A stretch of DNA of 49,244 nt from Verrucomicrobiota bacterium (GTDB lineage Bacteria > Verrucomicrobiota > Verrucomicrobiia > Limisphaerales > Palsa-1400): positions 1 through 49,244 of the forward strand of contig JBEKYR010000042.1 in assembly GCA_049510745.1 (NCBI GenBank). The letters are read 5' to 3'. Each line of letters begins with the position of its first letter. Within the stretch, counting starts at the first letter, position 1. The notes below the pieces were generated by a model. That model saw nothing but the letters and a program-made list of their open reading frames with translations, had not been told where the DNA came from and did no database searches. Shown here piece after piece: positions 39,371 to 47,047 of this stretch. Both the position numbers and the translations under genes were made by a program.

Positions 39371-40966
39371 TCAATGCTTGAGGCGCGTGACTTTCGCGGC
39401 CATCCGTAAATCTCTTTCTTTAACGCTATTGATTTCCACGGAACTGAACTGGAGCGGGTAGCACCCCGTTTCACTCTGCAACACGATTCGTGTAGGCATC
39501 AGGAAACCGTCAAACGCCCGATAATCACCAAAGGTGGTCTTTACCCAGCTCGGCCCGCCTTGTGTCGCCGCGCGCGAGAAAACTCCGGCTAAAAGGAAAT
39601 TGGTTGCGTCGTAGTAATGAAAGTATTCGTGATGAGTTTGGGTAACCACTTTTAGATCGTAACATAATTTCCCCTCAAATCGGGCTTCGCCCAGGCACTC
39701 TGCCGTCTCGTAATTGCCAGGCTCATCGTACCAGCCAAAGAACGCAGCCTCATCCTTCCGCAGTTCATACTCCTGGCCTTGAAGAATATCGCACAAGCCG
39801 GGATAAGCGTTCCAGCCGGTGCGGCCATCGAATCCCTCGACGTATTGGCCCAGGTTGGAATCTGCCGGCAGAATGATCTCCGCGACAGCCCGAAACCGGT
39901 TGGGCCGCATCGCAAAATACTCCACGGGTGACGGGGGCAAGCATGCCATGCCAATGTCAATCGTACCTTTCCCGTGAATAGAACAAATTCCTGCGGCCGC
40001 TTTCTCACCGCCGCGGACCGCCAGAGCGCGCTGGAGGATTTCCGCGGCCGGGATGGTTGACGGGGCGAGCACCGGCGGCGGGGACAAAGGTTCCGATTCG
40101 GGCCGGCCAAACCATTGGTCCAAATTCATCTCGTGCCGGCCCTGTTGCAATTCATCCGCCAGGTGAATCGTTTTGGGTTGGTCGAAGCGCCGCCGCAAGT
40201 ACACATGGACGTCACCGTGTGTCAGGTCATAAATCAGCGAATACCGAGTCGATCCTACCGAAGTCGTTTCGAGAACTTGCCGGCACGTTTGCAGTGAGGG
40301 TCCGGCAGCCTTGTCGAAAATCCTCGAGTCAGCGATATAGCGAGGGCACGGATAGTACCCCGCTTTAGGGTCGGTCAGCAGGAAATTGGTCATCAACTGG
40401 TAGCGGCCCCGTTTGCGAGTCGTCTTGAGCTTGCCCTGAGGCCATTCAAACACAACCGAATCGCCGGAGCGATCGGCGACCAGAATATGTGACGAGGTAA
40501 CGAATGTGTAGTGGCCCGGCGAGCTTTGATTAACCCATCCCAGGAGGCTGGGCGTGGGTTGTTTGCTGCACCACTTGATGGCCTCATCCACCGTCGCGCA
40601 GTTGGCCAGCAGGCCGCTGAGAAACGTTTGATGATCCGCCGGTTGCCGGGATGATCTTGATGTGTAAGGGGCAGGCACATCAGCAGACCCGACAAACAGC
40701 CCTTGATCGTTCATCCCGTCCGCCCAGGGATATTCAAAAGGGCCGAAACAAACCCAACCGTGTGTCCCAGCGGTGGCCGGCACCAGCAGCATTCCTAAAT
40801 GGGGATAATTCACTGGAGTATCCAGGCTGCGACCGGCAAGAACGGTGTCACCCTGGCTGTAGCAGAAATCGGTGCAGGCGCGGGCCGAGGCGCCGGAAAG
40901 CAGCGCACCGCACGGCAGGATTGAGAGAGACATCGCCACCAGCGTCCCGGCAGTTTTCGCTTTCAT
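39371..40966 (-). CDS. Secreted Ntn-hydrolase (choloylglycine hydrolase/C45-like) fused to a C-terminal LolA-like domain
   Basis: Signal peptide then A|CTDF..LAGRSLD, DGMNDQGL, HILVADRSGDSVVFE, MTNF and TRYSLIYDL. The C-terminal part has ILQRALAVRGG..EGFDGRTGW..FGDYRAFDG. Confidence 0.78.
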   Translation of the reverse strand: MKAKTAGTLVAMSLSILPCGALLSGASARACTDFCYSQGDTVLAGRSLDTPVNYPHLGMLLVPATAGTHGWVCFGPFEYPWADGMNDQGLFVGSADVPAPYTSRSSRQPADHQTFLSGLLANCATVDEAIKWCSKQPTPSLLGWVNQSSPGHYTFVTSSHILVADRSGDSVVFEWPQGKLKTTRKRGRYQLMTNFLLTDPKAGYYPCPRYIADSRIFDKAAGPSLQTCRQVLETTSVGSTRYSLIYDLTHGDVHVYLRRRFDQPKTIHLADELQQGRHEMNLDQWFGRPESEPLSPPPVLAPSTIPAAEILQRALAVRGGEKAAAGICSIHGKGTIDIGMACLPPSPVEYFAMRPNRFRAVAEIILPADSNLGQYVEGFDGRTGWNAYPGLCDILQGQEYELRKDEAAFFGWYDEPGNYETAECLGEARFEGKLCYDLKVVTQTHHEYFHYYDATNFLLAGVFSRAATQGGPSWVKTTFGDYRAFDGFLMPTRIVLQSETGCYPLQFSSVEINSVKERDLRMAAKVTRLKH

Positions 40967-41086
40967 TTCAGAGAATATCGTCGTGCATTGGTATTTTGGG
41001 ATTGGCACGATCAAGAATTTATGCAGTTGAAGCGCACAATGCCAAGCCTAAATGAGCACCTGATAATGCCGAGTCGTGAGCAAAAA

Positions 41087-44002
41087 TTAGCTGCGGGTGA
41101 CTTGCAGGCCGGATTCGGATAGGGAAAAATCCACGAACCGGGCGCAGGAATTGGGAGGGCGGGCGGTCAGGATCTGTTTGATCCTGGCGGCAGCGGCTTC
41201 GTCGCGCGCGAACATCAGCAGGTAGCCGCCGCCGCCGGCCCCAAGCAGTTTGGCGGCCGCCAGATGATCCCGGACAGTGTCAAAAATCTGTTGCACCGCG
41301 GGGGGATTGGTGCCGGGGTCCAGGCGCTGGTTTAACTGCCAACTGGCCCGCACCGCCGCCAGGAGCATCTGGTAATCACACTTTTGGATGGCCGCCCCGG
41401 CAAAGTTGGCGTTGGCGCCGATTTCGGCGATGGCGCCCAGGACCGCCGGCGAATTGAGGAACAGACCGCGCACGATTTCGGCCAGGATGTTTTTGGCCAC
41501 GCGGGTGATGCCGGTGTAGTAAAGAAGAATGGACCGGTTGACGTAGTTGGGGCCGAACAATTGATTGGGCAGCCAGCGCAGGGTCGGCTTTTGCGCCAGG
41601 CCGGGCGCTGTTTCGATAAGTTTGATCCCGCCAAAGATGCCGCCGGCCTGATCCTGCCAGCCGCCGCCGGTGGTCAGCATTTGCTCCAGCGCGAGTGTGC
41701 GCGCAAAAAGGTCGTTCCGGTCCCAGTCCAATCCGCACAAATCACTCAAAGCGGCCAGGACCGACGCAGCCAAAATGCTGCTGGTGCCCAGGCCCGAACC
41801 CTTGGGCGCGGCCGCGACCAGGGAAAGCTCGATGCCGCCGCCAAACTTGGCCAACTGGGCGGCCAGGGTGGCGAATCCGCCGCCGGAGTGGAAGCGGGGC
41901 AGGAATCCGGCCAGGGCAAAAGCGGCCCTGGCCAGGGCAAACGGATTGCCGGGCTGGGCGAAGGTTTCCAAGTCGGCGTAACTCTTGATGCGCTCATCCA
42001 CCCCGAGATCAATGGAGCGCACCACCAATTCGGGCCGCTCGGAAAGTTTGGCGAACACTTGGACGGGTTGCTGCCCGTTGATGTCCACCGCCAGATTGAG
42101 AACGTTCCCGCCGTATTCGATGCAATAAGGCGGCGTGTCGGTCCAACCGCCCGCCAGGTCCAGCCGCAACGGACTGCGCGCCCAAACGATCTGGTCCTCG
42201 AGCACGTTGCGGACGGGAGAGGCGGGGGAAAGCTGCACCTGGCGGGCGATCATTTCGCGCAGCCGCGCGAAGGCGCCGGCCTCGAATTTTTCCCAGCCCG
42301 GATCCGCCCGATGGCGCAGCACGGCGGACCGGAACATTTGGTCATGCACCGGGTGCATGGGAGCGTCCTGTGCGTCGAAGGACAAATCAGGCAACGGGTC
42401 ATCCGTGGCGGCGTAGGCGCGGGCGGTGGATTCCAAATCCAATTGGAAGAAGACGCTCCAGCGGAAGTTTTTCAGGAGCGGCAGCAGGCAGGCGCGGCGC
42501 CATTGCGCCCGCTGCGCATAAAGGCGGCGCAAATTAACCTCGGAGCCGAGTTGGCGCGCGGAGAGCCGCACAGACTCCCGCCAACGCCGGACGAAATCCG
42601 GACGGTGTTGCAGTTTGGCCGCGAAGATCCAGGTCACATACTCGGCCTCGAGTTCCGCCGGTTTGCAGACGGGGAAAAGCGGAAAACTCTGGATGTCCGC
42701 CGCCATTTCACCGGTGGAGTCTTTGGGATCAAGACCACGCGCGGTGAACCACTCCATGACTGGCCGTCCGAGCCAGAGGGTGGAAACCTGCCGCACATCG
42801 CCGGAAAATGTATCGTTGAAACCATAGGCGCGAAGGCAGAAATCGTGCTCCCCCACCGGGATGAAATCCAGGCAGACCCCCGGTTCCAGGCGCAAGGCCC
42901 AGTTGTTTTCCGGGACGCCGGTCAACACATGGCACGAAGCCAGTTGCCAGGAGGCGGGGACGACACTGTTATCAATCCATAAAGTGTGATTGTGTTCGCG
43001 CTGCACGTGAGCGCTGACCAGCGCGTTTTGCGTGATTTGATCGGGATGCCGCCGGCCGCCGGCCAGCCCCACCTTGGTTGCGTCAAGCACAAGATTTTGC
43101 AGGGTGGAAACCGATTCAATCATTTGCGGGCTGGTCCCGAAATGATAGAATTGCGCTTCGGGGAGCGGCACCACGGCGCAGGTCAAGGCGTTGATGGCGT
43201 CATCGCGCAGGCCGGGCGATTTGCCCAGCGCCAGGCCGAAGCGGGCGTAAAGCTCGTAAGCGGCAGGAGCGCCGCCGTGGAATTGCGATTTTTGCGCGTC
43301 CCAACCGCAACGTTCCATCAGCACGCGGACGGCGCGCGCGCTCAATAGCCAGATGCCGGTGTCCCCCAGGCAAAGATAATTCTCCGCCAGTTCCCGGATT
43401 TTGGCGGCGGGCGGTTTTTGCAGGAAGAAGGCCAGCTCGGAGGGCTGGCCGCGCGGCGCGCAGAAAACCCCGAAGTCGCAGGCCCGTTCCGGCGCCAGCC
43501 ACATGCCCAAGCCCAGCATGTCCACCTCGGGAAATGGCGGCAGTTCCCGTCCGAAACGCAGCAGGACGTCCCCGCTGGTGATCATGGCCGCCGCCGTGGG
43601 TGGAGCGTGGGCCAGAATGCGCTGGTAATCGGGCAATTGCACGTCGAGCAGGGTCTGATCCAGGCGCTGGCCCCGCGCCCAGCGGATGACGGGAATGGGC
43701 ATGAGCAGTTTTCCCACCAGCGCATAAGCCGGCAACCGGCGGCTTTGGCCGCCCGCATGAAGAATCAGCTTGCGGCTTTCTTTCAACCAATGCTCGAAAG
43801 GTTCCGTGGGGGCGGTCCGCCGCCAGGCCTGGGCCAGCAAGTTGGCGGTGCCGCCGCCCGAACCCAGCGGCTGGCCGGGCGGATCAGAGGCGGCAAACCA
43901 TTCCGGCTGCCGGCGTCCCTCCAACTCCTCGAATTCCTCAGCCATGCGCGGCGGCAAGGTAAGGAGATATTGGATCGCAGTCGTGTTTTGGTTCGCCTTC
44001 AT
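41087..44002 (-). CDS. fkp: Bifunctional L-fucokinase/GDP-L-fucose pyrophosphorylase
   Basis: DPPGQPLGSGGGT, HAGGQSRRLPAY, RLDLAGGWTDTPP, PKGSGLGTSS, GGGWQDQ and GAGGGG. Length 971 aa. Confidence 0.92.
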   Translation of the reverse strand: MKANQNTTAIQYLLTLPPRMAEEFEELEGRRQPEWFAASDPPGQPLGSGGGTANLLAQAWRRTAPTEPFEHWLKESRKLILHAGGQSRRLPAYALVGKLLMPIPVIRWARGQRLDQTLLDVQLPDYQRILAHAPPTAAAMITSGDVLLRFGRELPPFPEVDMLGLGMWLAPERACDFGVFCAPRGQPSELAFFLQKPPAAKIRELAENYLCLGDTGIWLLSARAVRVLMERCGWDAQKSQFHGGAPAAYELYARFGLALGKSPGLRDDAINALTCAVVPLPEAQFYHFGTSPQMIESVSTLQNLVLDATKVGLAGGRRHPDQITQNALVSAHVQREHNHTLWIDNSVVPASWQLASCHVLTGVPENNWALRLEPGVCLDFIPVGEHDFCLRAYGFNDTFSGDVRQVSTLWLGRPVMEWFTARGLDPKDSTGEMAADIQSFPLFPVCKPAELEAEYVTWIFAAKLQHRPDFVRRWRESVRLSARQLGSEVNLRRLYAQRAQWRRACLLPLLKNFRWSVFFQLDLESTARAYAATDDPLPDLSFDAQDAPMHPVHDQMFRSAVLRHRADPGWEKFEAGAFARLREMIARQVQLSPASPVRNVLEDQIVWARSPLRLDLAGGWTDTPPYCIEYGGNVLNLAVDINGQQPVQVFAKLSERPELVVRSIDLGVDERIKSYADLETFAQPGNPFALARAAFALAGFLPRFHSGGGFATLAAQLAKFGGGIELSLVAAAPKGSGLGTSSILAASVLAALSDLCGLDWDRNDLFARTLALEQMLTTGGGWQDQAGGIFGGIKLIETAPGLAQKPTLRWLPNQLFGPNYVNRSILLYYTGITRVAKNILAEIVRGLFLNSPAVLGAIAEIGANANFAGAAIQKCDYQMLLAAVRASWQLNQRLDPGTNPPAVQQIFDTVRDHLAAAKLLGAGGGGYLLMFARDEAAAARIKQILTARPPNSCARFVDFSLSESGLQVTRS

Positions 44003-44196
44003 TGCTTGCGGGTTATGCTAGGAAGGGGCTGGGGACAAGTCGAGCGAATCCGGGGCGAAGGGCCGGCTGCCAGATCCCGGGTCGGGCGCGTCTGGCATTC
44101 CGCCACTCGCGCCGGGCCGCTCGTTGAGCGTCCTTGGCAGTTCAGCAAACGCCGCCCTCCGCGCCCAGGCATGGAAACGCGAAATCTGTAATTGAC

Positions 44197-44214
44197 AATT
44201 GAAAATTTTCAATT
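44197..44214. repeat. Perfect 18-bp AT-rich palindrome within heptamer-like repeats
   Basis: AATTGAAAATTTTCAATT equals its own reverse complement. Confidence 0.8.
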
Positions 44215-44404
44215 CCCAATTTTCAATCCGCTTTTTTAAGCAACGGCGGAACATCTGCGACGTTGCCTGTTTTCCATCTGGCGGGTACATTTCCAGGGTG
44301 AGCGTTCGAGAGATCAAAGCAGCCACTAAGCATGTCGCCCTTGGGGAAAGGGCGGACCGGCGGCTGGTCTCCATTCCCGGACCGGCGTCGAGTGGGATGC
44401 ACGT

Positions 44405-45487
44405 ATGAATGACGAATTGCAGCAGGTTGAGCGCACGTATGTGATTTGGAAGAATCGCAAACTCTCCTACTTCGCCGGCTGCGATTATTTTCGCCTGGCA
44501 AGCCATCCGGCGGTGATGGCCGCTGTCAAACAGGGCCTGGACCAATTCGGTTTGAACGTCGCCGCCTCGCGATTGACCACCGGACATCACCTGCTCTACA
44601 CCCGCCTGGAGGCCGCCCTGGCCGGATTCTTCGCCGCCCCGGCCGCCGTGTTGGTCGGGAGCGGTTACGCCACCAATCTCATCGTGGCCCAAGCATTGCG
44701 CGGGGAGGTTTCCCATATCCTGATCGACGCCCGCGCGCACGTCAGCCTCCGCGATGCCACCCGCTATTTCTCCTGCCCCGTTTTGGAGTTCAAACACCGC
44801 GACGGCCCCGACCTGGCCCGCCGCCTGGGCTGCCTGCGCGGCGCCCTCAAGCCGCTCCTGCTGACCGACGGCGTTTTCTCGCATGACGGGGAAATCGCGC
44901 CGTTGAAGGAATACCTGAAAATACTCCCGGCCAATGGATGGATCGTGCTCGATGACGCCCATGCGGCAGGCGTGCTCGGCGCGACCGGGAAAGGGACCGC
45001 GGAATATGCCCGCGTGCCGCGCCGGCGGATTGTGCAGACGGTGACGTTGAGCAAGGCCTTCGGAGTCTATGGCGGCGCGATTTTGTGCGCGCGGCCGTTG
45101 CGGGAAAAAATCCTCAGCCGCAGTTCGATGTTTGCCGGGAGCACGCCGCTGCCCCTGCCGTTGGCCAACGCCGCTCTGAAGGCGATTGAACTCCTGCGCA
45201 CCGATCAAGGGCTGCGCTGCCGCCTGAGCCACAACGTCAGCTACGTCAAGACCGCCTTGCGGTCGCGCGGCCTTGCCTTGCCGGAGACGCCCGCGCCCGT
45301 CATTGCCCTCATTCCGCGCGACGCCGCCGAGGCCGAATCCATCCGGCGGCGCCTGCTGGCGCGCGGGGTATTCCCGTCCTTCATCCGTTATCCGGGCGGG
45401 CCGGGCGGCGGGTATTTTCGATTTACCATCTCCAGCGAGCATTCGCGGGGGCAATTGGATGATTTATTGACAGGATTGAGGCTGTGA
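44405..45487 (+). CDS. Alpha-oxoamine synthase family PLP enzyme (BioF/Kbl-like)
   Basis: FAGCDYFRL, ASRLTTG, SGYATN, TDGVFSHDG, LDDAHAAGVLG and TLSKAFG. Confidence 0.85.
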   Translation: MNDELQQVERTYVIWKNRKLSYFAGCDYFRLASHPAVMAAVKQGLDQFGLNVAASRLTTGHHLLYTRLEAALAGFFAAPAAVLVGSGYATNLIVAQALRGEVSHILIDARAHVSLRDATRYFSCPVLEFKHRDGPDLARRLGCLRGALKPLLLTDGVFSHDGEIAPLKEYLKILPANGWIVLDDAHAAGVLGATGKGTAEYARVPRRRIVQTVTLSKAFGVYGGAILCARPLREKILSRSSMFAGSTPLPLPLANAALKAIELLRTDQGLRCRLSHNVSYVKTALRSRGLALPETPAPVIALIPRDAAEAESIRRRLLARGVFPSFIRYPGGPGGGYFRFTISSEHSRGQLDDLLTGLRL

Positions 45488-45534
45488 ATGTTTGGCTTGT
45501 TTTGCCCGGCCAAAGCGGATAATCTCCTCTCGTC

Positions 45535-45723
45535 ATGCAAAGGAAAGCAGTCAAACGAAAGAGGCTCGATTACCCGGACGAAACCAACGGCAGTCGCTGG
45601 GCCGCCAAAGCGCGCAAGATGGCCAGTAAAATGACCACGGCGGAACGGGCCGAACATTTTCGGCAGGCGATGGTGAAGATTTATGGCGGCCAGCCCAAAA
45701 AAACAGTTGGCGCTGGACGTTAA
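45535..45723 (+). CDS. Small basic protein, putative antitoxin
   Basis: A 62-aa ORF directly upstream of and overlapping a PIN gene. Confidence 0.6.
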   Translation: MQRKAVKRKRLDYPDETNGSRWAAKARKMASKMTTAERAEHFRQAMVKIYGGQPKKTVGAGR

Positions 45724-46180
45724 CGTCCTGCTGGACCTGGCTGAAGGCTGGGACTTCGCGCAGGACTTTCGAGAGGAGTTCTTGAGGCGTGGTTACGGGC
45801 TTTTCGTTACTCCCACCGCCGCCGGCGAATTGAATATCCTGAGTCTTTACGCCGCCAAACCGACCAGATCTTTTGCCCTTCAAGCCTTGCAGGAACTGCG
45901 CCGTTGGGAAATCCAGCCGTGTCCGCTGTCGGATCTCAATCTGGCTATTGCGGAGCGGTTTAGCCGCCGCCTGGTGGAGCGCCGGCTCATTCCAGAAGAG
46001 GAGTGGAACGATGGACGCATCCTTGGCGAAACTTCTGTGTCCGGCGTTCCGTTGCTGGTCACGTCGGACAAGCATCTGCTGGATATCGACGACGATGCTC
46101 TGCTGCTTGTTTTCAATGAAGCTGACCTGCCCCCGGTTCGTCCGGCGCACCCGAAACGGTTGTTAAGGGCAGTGCGGTGA
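45683..46180 (+). CDS. PIN-domain (VapC-like) protein
   Basis: LALDVNVLLD, TPTAAGEL, NDGRILGE and LLVTSDKHLL acidic PIN pattern. Confidence 0.82.
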   Translation: MAASPKKQLALDVNVLLDLAEGWDFAQDFREEFLRRGYGLFVTPTAAGELNILSLYAAKPTRSFALQALQELRRWEIQPCPLSDLNLAIAERFSRRLVERRLIPEEEWNDGRILGETSVSGVPLLVTSDKHLLDIDDDALLLVFNEADLPPVRPAHPKRLLRAVR

Positions 46181-46294
46181 AACTGATCGGTGACATCTTT
46201 CCAGTTCGCAATCTTTCATTTTTGCGGTTGTTTCGACTGTAACTTCGCACGCCGACCGCCTATGCTGAAAACCGTTTAACGCGACCGGGCTTTT

Positions 46295-47047
46295 ATGTAT
46301 CGAGAAAAAAAAGTTGTCGTCGTCATGCCGGCCTATAACGCGGCCAGGACTTTGGTCCAGACCTTTGACGAGGTCATGGAACAAGGGGTCGTGGACCGGG
46401 TCATCGTCGTCGATGACGCCAGCCGCGATGAAACGACCGCCATCGCCAAGAAACTCCCCAACACCGTCGTCTTCACCCATGAAAAGAATCTCGGCTACGG
46501 CGGGAACCAGAAGAGCTGCTACCGGCTGGCCTTGAGGGAAGGGGCGGACATCATCATCATGGTGCATCCGGATTCGCAGTACACGCCGAAATTGATTCCG
46601 GCCATGGCCTCGATGATCGCCTCCGGCCTTTACCCGTGCGTGCTGGGCAGCCGCATTCTGGGCAACTACGCCTTGCGCGGCGGCATGCCCCTGTGGAAAT
46701 ACGTGGCCAACCGCATCCTGACGCTGGCGGAAAACATCCTGCTGGGGGCCAAGCTCTCCGAGTATCACACCGGCTATCGCGCCTTCTCGCGCGAGATCCT
46801 GGAGCGGCTGCCGCTGGCGGCCAATTCCAACGATTTTGTGTTTGACAACCAGATGCTGGCCCAGATTCTCTGGTTTCGCTACACCATCGCCGAGGTCAGT
46901 TGCCCCACCCGCTACTTTGCCGAGGCCTCCTCCATCAACTTCCGCCGGAGCGTCAAGTATGGTTTTGGCTGTCTCGGCACGGCCCTCTCGTTTCGCCTGG
47001 CGAAAATGAACCTGCGCTCCTCCCCTCTCTTTCCGCCGCCCCAGTGA
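46295..47047 (+). CDS. GT2 glycosyltransferase (polyprenol-phosphate glycosyltransferase-like)
   Basis: VVVVMPAYNA, VVDDASRDET, NLGYG, VLGSR and EYHTGYRAFSR. Confidence 0.9.
   Translation: MYREKKVVVVMPAYNAARTLVQTFDEVMEQGVVDRVIVVDDASRDETTAIAKKLPNTVVFTHEKNLGYGGNQKSCYRLALREGADIIIMVHPDSQYTPKLIPAMASMIASGLYPCVLGSRILGNYALRGGMPLWKYVANRILTLAENILLGAKLSEYHTGYRAFSREILERLPLAANSNDFVFDNQMLAQILWFRYTIAEVSCPTRYFAEASSINFRRSVKYGFGCLGTALSFRLAKMNLRSSPLFPPPQ

Noticed and set aside
36676..41080. tRNA-integrated prophage/ICE or integron cassette array
   Set aside because: No integrase, no att duplication and no convincing attC sites. The genes lie on the tRNA 5' side in mixed orientation.
44405..45487. Serine palmitoyltransferase or definite bioF call
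   Set aside because: The motifs only support the alpha-oxoamine synthase family. No biotin or sphingolipid genes are adjacent to discriminate.
46179..46196. Second IS21 end (GAAACTGATCGGTGACA resembles 5972-5987)
   Set aside because: The match is short, in the same orientation as the first end, and lacks the internal repeats. It may be chance.
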